Below are positions 26,690 through 39,298 of a DNA stretch of 64,000 nucleotides, piece after piece. The first letter of the stretch is position 1, and every line of letters starts with the position of its first letter. This stretch comes from Felis catus (taxonomy: Eukaryota). The translations under genes were made by a program, and so were the position numbers. Location: NCBI RefSeq assembly GCF_018350175.1, contig NC_058368.1, positions 60,328,001-60,392,000 of the forward strand, read 5' to 3'. The notes under the pieces are model-generated. The model made no database searches, was not told the DNA's origin, and saw nothing but the letters and a program-made list of their open reading frames with translations.

Positions 26690-27410
26690 GAGAAAAAGGG
26701 AGGGAGAGAGAAGCTGTGTTTGCTTTAGATTAAAAGAGATTTTAAAACTAAAATGGGCACCTGGGCAGCTCAGTCAGTTGAGCATCCAACTCTTGATTTT
26801 GGCTCAGACCATGATCTCACACTTGGTGGGATCAAGCCTTCTGCTGTCAGTGCCAAGCCTGCTTGGGATTCTCTCTCTCCCTCTCTCTCTGCCCCTCCTC
26901 AGCTCATGCTCTCTTTCTCTCTCTCAAAATAAATAAATAAATATTTAAAAAATAAAAATTAAAAAAATTAAAGTTAAACATCAAAATATAATAATGTATG
27001 GTCTTTGATTGACTCCAGGTGTTAACATATCAGCTATAAAAGACACTTGGAATATCTAAATATTCTCAAATTGGCATTAAATAGTAGAATTGGCATTAAA
27101 TAATATCAGGTAATCTGTCTCAATTTTGTTAGCAGTGATATGGTATTATGGTAAAATAGGAGGATTTTTTGCAGGAGAGATGCATACTTGAGGCATTTGG
27201 GAATGAAATGTCAAGATATTTGTAATTCATTTTACAGTGTAAATATATACATAATATAATAATACAAAGTAAATATACATTGTAAATATATGCCTGGCTA
27301 GTGAAGCAACCGTAGGAAATAGCAACACTTTCTGAAATCAGATTTTGGATATTTGCTCATTCCATTACGTTTTATACTTTTCTAAACATGTAAAAATATT
27401 CATACTTATA
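26690..27410 (+). mobile_element. L1MC-like 3'UTR fragment containing a CanSINE
   Basis: tagattaaaagagattt...tctttgattgactcc...cagctataaaagaca...gtgatatggtattatgg...agagatgcatacttgaggcattt...gaaatgtc. Confidence 0.6.
26755..26970 (+). mobile_element. Older CanSINE
   Basis: gggcacctgggcagctcagtcagttgagcatccaactcttgattttggctcag; gcctgcttgggattctctc; A-rich tail. Confidence 0.92.
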
Positions 27411-27849
27411 TTAAATGTGAAGAATTGATGGAAAAGAAAATATTTAGATAAAGGGGAGAAAAATAATGTAGTTACACACATACCTCAAGCCATTTCAGAA
27501 AGAAAAAAAAAAGTTGTCTTAATAAACGAGAAGCTTCTGAAAGTATGGGAGAAAGAAATACCATCTCTAGGGTAATGTGTGAGAAGGAGAGCTCCAGAGA
27601 TATGTGCTCAAACAAAGGGACAGTGGGTGGTGCAAGCCAAGGACCAAGGTCAGCATGTTCCCATGGGTTAGCATCCACTTTTCCCCCAAATTTATACCAA
27701 ATTAGTTTAGGCCCTTAACAATATACAAAAGTTACTTTCAATAAAAAAAAGAGAGATTTACTGTTCTCATATTGATAGATATTTTTATAAACTCAATATA
27801 TCTTTACCATAAAATTTGATCGTATAGGTATTTGTGTGAAAGGGAGAAA

Positions 27850-28420
27850 CTTCACAGTTATTTCCTTAGGTTAAAGTCCTACTAATAGAATTACTGGGCC
27901 AAAGATCTCAACATTTTGAGGGTTCTGAATTAAGATTACCAAAGTCCTTTCTAGAAAATATAGACATGATCATAAACTATCATCATTATCATGGTTACCA
28001 CTAATATAATTTCCTACATGAATATTGTGTGCTTGATTTTCTCACTCTATGCAATTGTTCCATTAGGTAAATATTATTACCCCAATTTAACAGACTGAAA
28101 AGGTGATGCCTAAATGGTTCAGGTTATTTACAAGTGTATAGAGAAAGGAAATTATACAAATTCATTTGTGTTAATTCTTTCCACCAAAACATATAGATAC
28201 CTACCAACATTTTTTACAACGTTCATACAAACCTTTCCATCAATGGATCTATTATTTTTTAAAGTCTCAGAGAATAGGTAAAAACAACATCTCATTGTTT
28301 AAAAGGTTGACCATTTTATTGCTCATTTACATTTCTTCTTTCATAATTGTCTTTTCCCTTCTTAAATACATTTTCTATTTGGACATCCATCAAGTTCTTA
28401 TATTTTATAATCTTGTATGT
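27850..28420 (-). mobile_element. L1ME-like fragments with an intervening MIR (about 27980-28140)
   Basis: ttatttccttagg...agaattactgggccaaag; aggtaaatattattaccccaatttaacagact; catctcattgttt...cattttctattt. Confidence 0.45.
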
Positions 28421-29134
28421 AGATATATTAACCTCTATTTGGTTTATGGTTAAAAACACTTGTCCCTACTGTGAATTGAAAAGAAATGATATCTTCTAAA
28501 GAAACAGATCTATTCACCTAAATCTAAATTTAAATAGAAAAAACTTAACTCAGCATAACTCATGAGAAAAAAAAATGTAGAAAGAGACTCACTTACTGAT
28601 AAAAATAATATTCAAATTAAACTACTAGGGTTGCAGTCCAAATAATGATTTTATAGCTGTCCATTGCATAGATTTTTCTAATCTTTAATATTTATTTTAA
28701 AGCAACTTCCCAAAATATGTTCAAACTGCTTTAATCTCCTAATCATTTTGTATCTGTTTCATGGTTTTATTTCCTTATAGCAAAGATGGAAAGGTACAAA
28801 TGAACAAGTTGCTAATGTATTCGGACAATGCAACTATTCTGAAAAACTTGTTTACCTTACAGCCTATTTTTCTTTAACTGAGTTTTTAAAACGCAGTTGG
28901 CTATTACTGGGGTGCAGGTCAAACTTGGCATCCATTTTTGCATATTTTAATTAAGGGAATGAATTTAGTTTACTATCTAATCTTTTGCCTTTTAAGTATT
29001 ATAAATGTGTCTTTTTTTAAATGAAAGTGCACTCAACCAACCAATAAATTGTAATGTACAAAATGGATACATCTTTTTAAACATTTCAACCACATGTAAT
29101 TAAGTGCAACTATAATTTTAAAAAATTAGTTGTA

Positions 29135-29336
29135 GGGGCGCCTGGGTGGCTCAGTCGGTTGAGCTTCTGACTTTGGCTCAGGTCATGATCTCGTGGTTGG
29201 TGTGTTTGAGCCCCACAAAGGGCTCTGTGCTGACAGCTAGGAGCCTGGAGCCTGCTCCCTCTCTCTCTGCCCCTTCCCTGTTCTCTCTCTCTCTTTCTCT
29301 CATAAATGAGTAAACTTTAAAAATTAAATAAAAAAA
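29135..29336 (+). mobile_element. CanSINE (SINEC_Fc-type)
   Basis: ggggcgcctgggtggctcagtcggttgagc; degenerate TSD aaaaattagttgta / aaaagttagctgca. Confidence 0.95.
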
Positions 29337-31786
29337 GTTAGCTGCATAGGGTGCAACACGAAATCTCTATGTAACTTATTTAAACACATCTGTACTTTGA
29401 TAAATGCCCCTTTACTAGCTTTCATAATATATCAAATGCTAACTTTATACCTGTATTTTCACATATGCCATACAAAGTCTATAAATATAGAGACAAAATG
29501 AAAAGTGGAAGTAATGATTGAGCTAAGCTAGGAACTGCTGCTACTATTATGGTAAATATTTTAAAGGTTTGAATCATGCAGATTTGCTCTTTTCTTTGAG
29601 AGGTATCAGCAGTGAATAAATAGTCATCTAGGCCATATTTATTATGGAACCCTATCTGAAAAGATTTGTAGTATTGTCAAAGAGCTTTCTGGAAATAGTA
29701 GTCATTAAATAACATTTCTAAGAAAGAACTACAACGGCATAACCAAATGAATATCATTCTCAGTTTAATACTACTGTTGGTATATATTTAGCTAGACTAC
29801 TCATAAATTCTCAGAGGATATGAAGTAGATAAAATGAAATATAAATGATAATTCAAAGAGGTTAATTTTATTTTATATTATCCTCCAAATTTCATGGAAA
29901 CTATTTTTTTTCCAACATGATACCTCTGATTTGCAGACCTATCCTTTGAAAAAGGTTCAGGTGCAGTCAAGCAGTTATAAATGTTCTTAGGATATTTCAT
30001 ACCCTAGCCTAGAAAACTGCATCCCACTAGACTAGTCATTCACTTGAGTAATAAATTCTTTAAGGGACATTCATAAGAAAAAAAGCCAGGATGAGTGTTA
30101 TTCTCTTCCGTAACATTATTCATATTTCGCAAAAGTGAACTTTTGGCTTTCTTTTGGTCAATTTTATTACACTTTAGGCAAGTTGCATTGAATCCCATGC
30201 TTCACACCCTTGATTTGAGAAGAGATATGGAGTTCACTTCAGGAGAGAAAAGCACATAAATCTTGATGAAGTCTGAAACTGAAAGAAATAGCTAAAAAAA
30301 TAGGTTTACCACAATCCAGCCTTATTTTATTATAGGCTGCATGTGTATCTTTTTTAATCTATGAGAAATGTATTTGGGAGTATCTTAAAATAAAATTTTT
30401 CAACAACCTTTGCTATAAATAATTATGTCCTCAGAGTGAAAAAAAACAGGCTACAACAATCCTGCCAGTCTTATGTCAAGTCAGTCAATGAAACAATTCG
30501 AGTTCATGTTGTTTATTAATTATTAAAACTCATACTTTTTGCAACAACATTAGTAAACCATGAAAGAAAGAGGAATGGCACTTAGAGGAAATCAGGGTAT
30601 GTGGTTGTTATACTTATGACAGAGCCTCAACCTAACCTATTACTCAGCTGAAGTGGCAGGTGGGGAACAAGTTACTTGGTTCTAAAAGACTTTATTTGCC
30701 TGTTACACCTCCAGCACCTTGAAAAGATGCCGTTTCATCTCCTATTCATACCTAAATCCCACCTGCTGCAAATCTGTATCTCCCCCAGCTCCAATTCCTC
30801 AGGACATGCATCTTTTTCTCAGATCCAGTGAAACTATGACAAATTTGGAGTAAAAAGAGGGCTCTCTTTTATGGATGCTCTCATTTGCTGCCACATAAGC
30901 AACTTCATATAATATGGACACCACATATTTTTATACCCCAACAGATTAAGTCCCGTTCTTCTACTTACTTACATATGTCATACTTACACTTGTCACTAAA
31001 TTTATATTAGACTCTTAGATATCTTGATTTTGTGAATTGCCATCCTTATTCTTTAGGTTTGCTGAAACATTTAACATCTGCATGTTATTTCAACACTGAA
31101 ACTGTATTTGGCTTCTATATAAAATTTATGAATCCTCAACCATCTGTTTTCTAAAACCATAGAATAAATAAACAAAAAAAAAAAGGAGATCACCACTATA
31201 TATAGACAGATAATGTCCAGGTTATATTACTGACTGTGGCTTTGGTCCAAGGCTCAGTGGCTTCATGAGTTGGGTTAGTCAGTATACAGCTTTCAGAACT
31301 ACCTTTACCTAAGCCACTGGCAAGATTAAGGGCAACACTAAAGCAGTACTAGTGTGTTTCTTGGCCCCTTTCCCACAGTCCTCTGCTCTACTCACGGTTC
31401 TTTGAATACCATGACTCTAATGGTGAAGACAGCAAAGAGCTCTTCCTAAGAAAAATTCACCAAAGACAACAGGGAAAAAACAATGCATGTATAAGGCCAA
31501 GAGCTTCAAACTGAGTCACATGTTTTCAATCTTCTTAGACAGTCCCCTTCCCTGTGGTATTATACAGCCAGAAGTGTGTTCTAAAAGAGAAGTTCACAGA
31601 GAAAAACTTCAAGAAACACACCTAATGATCTTTAGAAGAGTTCCAATTTTGTACAAAGCACAGAAGTTACATTATAGGCAGGATAGGCATTTAACAACAA
31701 CAACAGCAACAACAAAAACCTTGCAACTTTTTAAAACTGTTAGTGGTTTGATCTCTTTGTTAGAGTAGTTTAGTCTGAATTCTAAC

Positions 31787-33329
31787 TGTGGCAGGTTGTA
31801 GTTTTCCAACATGACTGTAGTACTGTGTCTTATTCTGCATACTCTTCTTACAATGTGACTTTGCCCACCTTCCTGTGAAGAGGTGGGATCTATGCTCCAT
31901 TCTCTTGAATCCTGGAGGTTTTATGTCTATGACAGAAACAATGATATGTAACTTCCAAGGCTAGGTCATAAAATTCCACCTTTTGTAAACCAGCAAACGT
32001 GCTGTGACAAAACCGAAATCAGTCCTCAGGGAGAAATAAGATCGAGGAGGCACTGACACTAAAAGAAGACAGAGACAGCCAGTCCTCAATAGTCCACATG
32101 CTGTCCAGCTCCTCACCTCTGACTGCAAGTGTATGAGAAATGCCAAGTTCAAGCAGCTATTATTACCCCCATAGAGCCTCACAAGGATCTTAAGTTAGAA
32201 TAAAGCTTATCTCAGCAAGATTTGTGGTTGTGGTTTCTACTTAATGGAGTAAATATCAATAAAATATACAGAAAGCCCACAGAATTGTTCTGGTAGAAGC
32301 ACCAGGTTGGACTGAAGGAACAGAGACAGTACAAAATAAAAACAGGTGTTTGAACTCCTGAACTTTTATGGGGAGAAAGCAGGCTACTCAGCTGCAAATA
32401 TCAACTACATTTTATGGGAAGAGAAGGACATTTCAGAAGGCAGAACCAACACTCCCCCCCAAAAAAAAAGCCATAAGCCCTAAGGAATCATTCCCAGGAA
32501 GCAGCAATGTGACTCAGTAAAGTAGCAACATTTTGCCAACTAGATCTAAAGCCTATTATGGACAAAAGAATGCTCTGTGTTTCCTATCCACCTCATCCCC
32601 TTTAATTACTATTGCTGTTATCCCATCCTGTCCAAACACTGAATGCTGGGCATGTGGGAGGCGAATAATGTGCCCCTTTATCTTCTACAGTTTCATGTCA
32701 AGGATTGCTGTATTCGAGAAGTAACCAAGGAACAACGCTAATGAGCCTCATCCACAGCTATACATGATTTAGATGGAGAGATCTTCTTCCTTGATCTTGT
32801 TCCTGATGCTATAATGAGATGAAATCTCTGGGACTTTTTGGACAGGATGAATATATATTGCATGTGGGAGGAATGTAAACAAGCAGTGGCTAACAGAAAA
32901 TGTGGCCCCCAAATTCCTGTCATTGAGAAATAGTCTATGCGTCTCCCTCAAATCTAGGTTCTATACACAATAACCAATAGTATGTGGTGGAAATAATATG
33001 CCAGTTTCCAGAACTGTCTCCTGGTTCTTCTGCTACTATGCTGTAAAGAAGTCCAAGCAGCCCAGCTGGGAGGCCGGTCTGGAGAAATTCACATGGAGAG
33101 GGTCAGAAGCCCCTTGCTGTCATCTCTAGCTAAGTTTCCAGCCAACTGTCACTATTAACTTGGAGCCATAGAAGAGATAATTTTTACAATGGCTCCTCCA
33201 GCTTCCATTCAAGCTCCCCCAAATGATGTCATATAGAGCCAAGACCAGCTCTTCTGCCACCAACACCAACACTGTTGTTTTATGCCAATAAGCCTGAGGT
33301 GGTATGTTAGAAGACAACTAATTACATAC
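31787..33329 (+). mobile_element. MaLR (MLT1G/H-like) LTR, internal remnant and second LTR
   Basis: LTR-like 31787-32270 (tgtggcaggttgtagttttcc...aacttccaaggctaggtcataaaa...ataca). MLT-int-like 32271-32884 ending ggatgaatatatattgcatgtgggagg. Second LTR-like about 32885-33329. Confidence 0.6.
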
Positions 33330-33920
33330 CCTTGCTTACAACCCTCCAAAAATCTCCAGATGAATTGGGAAAACAAGCCACAACCTCAGATTACTCACCA
33401 GAGCCTAGTAAGCCCTTCTTGACTGGAACTTTGGTCACATGGCCAACCTCATTTATTTCCACATTTACCATCTCTCACTACTTTGCAGGTCCAAGAGATC
33501 CCTCTGTGGTCTCCCATCAGTCCAATACCCTTTCAACTGAAGGCCTTTGTTCTTGTGTTTTTGTTTTTGTTTGTTTTGTTTTGTTTTATTGGATATACTT
33601 TCCCTGATTTATGTGGATCCTTCTCACCTTTTTAGCTTGAATTCCACCTCCTCAGAAAAGACTTACCCAATCATTCTAGTCAAAATTGTTCCTCTTGTCA
33701 TTCCTTCCTCCTACAGTGCCCAGTTTTATTCCTTTATAGCACTTATTACTATTGAACTAAACTACATTAGTTTATGGGCTTATTATCTGTCTCTGCTACT
33801 AGATTTTAACCTCCAGGAGCTAGAGACATTGTCTTCCTGTTCTTTGCAGATACTCCAAAGTTATAGGTGACACATCTTAAGTATTAAAAATGTATGTGAA
33901 ATGGACACTGATTGAATGGA
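33330..33920 (+). mobile_element. L2a-like 3' end
   Basis: ttgcttacaaccctcca...aggcctttg...cacctcctcagaaaagactt...ttcctttatagcacttattacta...ctactagattttaacctccaggag. Confidence 0.75.
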
Positions 33921-34889
33921 AAACAAAATATATATTTTTCTCACTTATTTGTCACCTTTCCCTGTCACCTGATGACATTAATAACTTACTCAGATTAACA
34001 GTAAAATAAGAATATTCTAGAATTTTCCATTGTGACTTCATGGTTCCATACATTTACTAAGACCCCAAAACTGTATTAATTAAGGGAACAATGAGTTGGG
34101 TTCTACCATGTATATAATATTTAGATATAACTTAAATTGGGTAGAGTACATATAAAATAATTTCTTTGCTTTTTTCTGCACTTTTAAGAAAATTAAAACT
34201 AGGTACCTCTAAACGTACAATAACCAGGACACTGGGATAGGCACAAGATAGAGGTCAATGGAACGAAATAGAGACCAAAAATATGTAGGTTTCATAAGCT
34301 TGTCCATTTATGAATTTTAGATAACTGGATTAATAAAAAATTATAAATATAGATTTGAATCAAATGGACTATATTAGGCATTATCTTTTATTTGCCAAAT
34401 GATTCTGAACAAATTGTAGATATTCATCTCCCATTACTGCATTATTCTCTCCCATCAGTTGAGTCCAGGACTTGGCCTTCTTGCAAGACACCTAAACTCA
34501 TGATAATGTTTCTATTTCCTTCTTACAAGCTGCTTCACATTCTTTTAAGACCATCTGGTTCCAGAACAACTTAATTAGAACAAAATTTCACCCCAGACCA
34601 TATGTAAATAGAGATGTCACTTTTTGCTGCTGTTTTAGCTCAGATTGATTGAGCACATACATTGCAAGAACTATGCAAGGTGTTTTGAAACACCTTAACT
34701 GTATTAATACAATTAATATTATTTCTCCATGAGATGCTAGAATATAAATGAACAAACTGAAGCATGGTAAGGGTAAGTACTGGATCTCAGACAAAAAAAA
34801 AAAAATTAAATGTGACTGAATTGGAATTTCTAAATTTAATTTTATAGATCTAAATTATTTATTAATCTGACATGGTTCCACTTAATTTT

Positions 34890-35460
34890 CTTCAGGATAT
34901 CTCCACTTGCATGCCCTACAGCCAAAAAAGAAAAACTAATGTACAAACTTGACTTCATGGTCTATCCCTCAAAATGAAAAAAATCTGTCCCTTTCTTATA
35001 TTTCACATGAGGTGAATACCCATTGCCATTGCTAGAAATCTGGACGTTCTTCTCTTCTGACACTCATATTCGAATCTTCTACCAAATTCTATTGATTTTA
35101 TCTTCTTAATAGCTCCCTAATCAATTCACTCCAAAGCATTCCCAGATCTATCTTAATTTCAAGTACATGTTCTTATTTGTAGAAATTATTGTAACATACT
35201 CTGAACTAGTTTCCTTTATTTCCCTGGTGTTTTGATTTATTTCAGACAATGCTACAACTGCAATATACCTAATAATCAAATCTGATCATGCCAACAGAGC
35301 TAAATAAAATTTTTCAAGGATTCTCTACAGTGCATGAAATTGGTAATTCATTTTTACTCACTTTGTCTCTTTACCAGAATGTTAACTCTTTGAAGGCAAA
35401 CTAGATCTTCAATCTCCTGGCCCACTGTCTGATACTAACAAAATATTTTTTTAATGTTTG
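34890..35460 (+). mobile_element. L2 fragments
   Basis: gatatctccacttgcatgccc...gctagaaatctgg...accaaattctattgattttatctt...aaatctgatcatgcc...accagaatgttaactctttgaaggca. Confidence 0.55.
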
Positions 35461-35618
35461 TTAAAACTATATTTTAAATGAAGAGGTTAATGACTATAAC
35501 TTGGTTTTTGCAAATACTGTAGAATTTGAAAGCAGGAATCTGGCTTATACTTTCCCTCTATTTTAATTATTTTTTGGTGATATCAAGTAAAATAACACTT
35601 AAAACGAAAGACTCATAT

Positions 35619-35844
35619 GGGGTGCCTGGGTGGCTCCCTCGGTTGAGCGAACGACTTCGGCTCAGGTCATGATCTCGCGGTTCACGGGTTCCAGCCCTGT
35701 GTGGGGCTCTGTGCTGACAGCTTGGAGCTTGGAGTTGGCTTTGGATTGTGTGTCTCCCTCTGTGTCTGCCCCTCCCTCATTCGCGCTCTGTCTCTCTTTC
35801 TCTCAAAAGTAAACATTAAATTTTTTTTAAATAAATAAATAAAT
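35619..35844 (+). mobile_element. CanSINE (SINEC_Fc-type) with TSD
   Basis: ggggtgcctgggtggctc; TSD aaaa(c/t)gaaaga(c/t)tcatat at 35601-35618 and 35845-35862. Confidence 0.95.
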
Positions 35845-37456
35845 AAAATGAAAGATTCATATGAATTTGAAATGATTATCTTTAATGTGCAAGGATTGAT
35901 TTTCTTAACTAAATATATCTGCAAACTAACTGAGAGCATATCAGATGCTAAAGTTACCCCCAAAGTGAAAACCTTACTATTGCTTCAATGTTAAAAATCA
36001 ATAATAATATTTATTAACATTATTATGAAAATCATCATTATCAAAATAAGTTGGGGAAGAGAGCTCTGCTTACAAAAAATCAGAAAATAATAGAAACATA
36101 ATAGGTATGAAAATCAGCCAGTAAAGGCATTGAGTCCTTAAAAATAAACTGAGCATTTTATTAATTTAAGAAAAACCTAACTGGTTTCACTTATTTTGAA
36201 GAATTAGAAGAAAAAAATGTTATCTCAATTGTAAAATAAACATTTAAATTGCCTACTTGCTTTTTATTGACATAGATCTGAAAAGAGGCCATGATTTCTT
36301 GCTTTGGTTTGTTATGGTTGCTTGTTTTTTTATTTTCATGGTTCCTTTCTTTGCTTCTTCCTGCCTATCTTCCTTCTGTTCTTTAATAAAATAATACTTT
36401 ATCCAGGTATTTCATTATGTTAATTTTTACATGATAAAAAAGTAATAAATAATTTTAAAAATAAGTAATAGTAATAATAATAAATAATTTTTACATGATA
36501 AATAGTTATTTGGTCATGAAAAGTAAAAATAATTTATCTGCTTTGATCATTATCACAAAAATTAAAATTATTGACAACTAACCCAGTGAACTTTAAAGTT
36601 TTTCATATATTTAGCAAACTTTAATTGGATTAAACATAAGCTTAGCATAATAAACAATAAATTTAGTTGTACAAATTTAGGAAAGATAGGAAAATGATAT
36701 AATGTCAATTTTAGCAACATTATTGAAGCTAACAAATTAAGACTAACAAACGTTTCAGAAATTAAATTTCTGTATATATTTCTTGTACATGTTAAATTTC
36801 TTGTATATATTAAAATGTATAAATTAATAAAGTAATAACATTATTTTATATAATATATTCAATATTAGGTAATGTGAATAACTCTGAATAGAAGTATATG
36901 TAAAATGATACACAAAAAGAACTAAAATCTATTAACATAGTATTAATTAAGTAGAACTAATTAAAATAGGTTTCCTGTGAATATATACCCTTGCCTAATT
37001 TAAATATTTTTAAATGTCATCAAAGAGTCTTTTTAAAATACTTATTCAATGTTTAATCTCAATTAGAACCAGCATATACAGCACATCAGTTTTTCATATT
37101 TGAGAAGGCTATTAGTAATGCTTTCCCATATACTTAATTTTACACAATTGTTACCAAGGTAATGATTAACTTAATTTTATTCTACCTTAGTTCTCTTTTC
37201 AAATCTAAATTCTTCTTTGTGAAGATTAAGAAGAAGAGGCAAAGGAGAGATTACTATTTAAAAATACTGTGAAGATTAGTGTCTGTGATAAAAGCAATAT
37301 ATGAATTGTAGCCTCCAGAGATAATATCAACTGTCTTAAATCTCTATAACACTAATTGGATGACTGATCATGTGGTAATTTTTAAAATATACTCCAATAT
37401 GTATGTATGTAATTTATATAAGTGATCTATATGTATGTACATACATGTCCATTTTT

Positions 37457-37668
37457 AAACATTTTTTTAAAATCTTTTTTATTTATTTTTGAGAGAGAGA
37501 CAGAGTGCAAATGAGGGAGGAACAGAGAGAGAGACACAGAATCCAAAGCAGGCTCCAGGCTCCAAGCTGCCAGCATGGAGCCTGATGCAGGGCTTGAACT
37601 CACGAACCGTGAGATCATGACCTAAGCCAAAATCACACACCTGACCAACTGAGCCACCCAGTTGCCCC
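37457..37668 (-). mobile_element. CanSINE with TSD
   Basis: Reverse ggggcaactgggtggctcagttgg; TSD atacatgtcca / atacatgtcta. Confidence 0.95.
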
Positions 37669-37879
37669 ATACATGTCTACTTTGAAGAAGTACATGGTTC
37701 TTCACTTTGTGTCTAAATGAGAAATTAGGGAACTTCCAAATTTCTAAATTTAATGTTTATGTACTACAATATTTAAAAAAAATATGTCAAATGTATGAAA
37801 ATCCTGAAGGGCATAGGATGTCCTGTTGCTATCCTATGAGACCTCAAAGCTGCAACTACACTGGTCAGGAAAAAAAAAA

Positions 37880-38420
37880 TTTCTCTGAGTTTTAAAGGGT
37901 GAATGAAGTTAGATAGGCGACAAAGAGGGACAAATATTTATGGGCAGAAGTAAGAAAGCAGGAAGGTGAAAAATGCATTTACAGTGTTCCGTACACTAGT
38001 TTGATGGGTTCATATACATGAGTAGTTGAAAGTAATTACAGATATTAGTGCCAGATGATATAGGGTTCCCAATTTCAAAAATACTTGGAATTTCTTACTA
38101 GATATAGGTGGGTATTTGATCGCAAAAGTCACATGATCAAAATCCTGCTTTGAGACAATTCACCTGAAAGTAATATATTGGATACATTGAGAAAAGTTTG
38201 AAGGCAAATAAATCAGATAAAAGTTTACTGTAATTCTCTGGATGAAAGGTCATGGGACCCTTGAGGCAGGTTTGCGGCAGTGGTAATAGAAAGGAAGGGA
38301 CAGATCTGAAGCATTGTGTAAAATAAATTGAGTGAGCTTTGTGAACAATTGAAAACAGAAGTATAAAGAAAAGTCACGTCTCCATGATGGTGCTCTGGGG
38401 TGTGTTAAGGTGAGGGACAG
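37880..38420 (-). mobile_element. L2 fragment (probably continues about 39010-39700)
   Basis: gtcacatgatcaaaatcctgctttgagacaattcac...ggcagtggtaatagaaaggaagggacagatctgaag. Confidence 0.6.
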
Positions 38421-38577
38421 CAGGAGGCTTCAGCTCCTTATAATATCCATCAACTTTCCCAAGTCATCTGAAGTACTAATGTTAATAATACTCCTAATAA
38501 TAATATAACATTAATTGATATTTTCAGTTTTATATAAAATATGAAAGAAAAAAGCTGGTTAAATTCGTATTAACTTT

Positions 38578-38778
38578 TATTTTATTTTTTAATGTTTATT
38601 TATTTTTGAAAGAGAAAGTGTGAGTGGGGGAAGCACAGAGAGAGAGGGAGACAGAGGATCCAAAGAAGGCTCCCAGCTGACAGCAGTAAGCCCGATGTGG
38701 GACTCAAACTCACAAACCGTGAGATCATGACCTGAGCTGAAGTCGGATGTTCAAATGACTGAGTCACCCAGTCACCCC
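38578..38778 (-). mobile_element. CanSINE
   Basis: Reverse ggggtgactgggtgactcagtc...cgacttcagctcaggtcatgatctcacgg. Confidence 0.93.
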
Positions 38779-39058
38779 ATAACTTTCATATTTTTAATAA
38801 TAACATATAAAATAGTTGCTTTGGAAAGCTAAGAAAAAATCTATGCTCCTTTTTCCTCTGATGTCATCAAGCCACTCCCTGTAATGCCCTCATATACGTA
38901 AATTCTGGAGCATCACAGACAGGGACTGAGGCTGAATATCTGAGATTAGTGCTAATAATAATAGGACAATCATAATAGCAAGGACTTTATATCAAGGGAA
39001 ATGTGGAACTGTCTTAAAGATATGCAAATTTTGATATAATGAGATATAGAAATATCCA

Positions 39059-39173
39059 AGAGTGACTCAGTCTGTTAAGCATTCAACTTGGTTTCAGCTC
39101 AGGTCATGATCTCATGGTTCCTGAGATTGAGCCCCACACAGGGCTCTGTGCTGAACTTGGAAACTGCTTAAGA

Positions 39174-39221
<48 letters not shown>

Positions 39222-39298
39222 TTCTCCTTCTGCCTCTCCCCAACTCGTGCTCTCTCTCTCTCTCTCTCTCAAAATAAATAAACAAACTTAAAAAAAAG
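39059..39298 (+). mobile_element. CanSINE, slightly 5'-truncated, long (CT)n, with TSD
   Basis: gtgactcagtctgttaagc...ctcaggtcatgatctc; TSD gaaatatcca at 39049-39058 and 39299-39308. Confidence 0.92.

Noticed and set aside
27069..27102. Short tandem duplications (aattggcattaaata x2; similar ones near 10659, 14292, 42390, 48964, 58203)
   Set aside because: These are ordinary two-copy slippage duplications, with no array or spacer structure.
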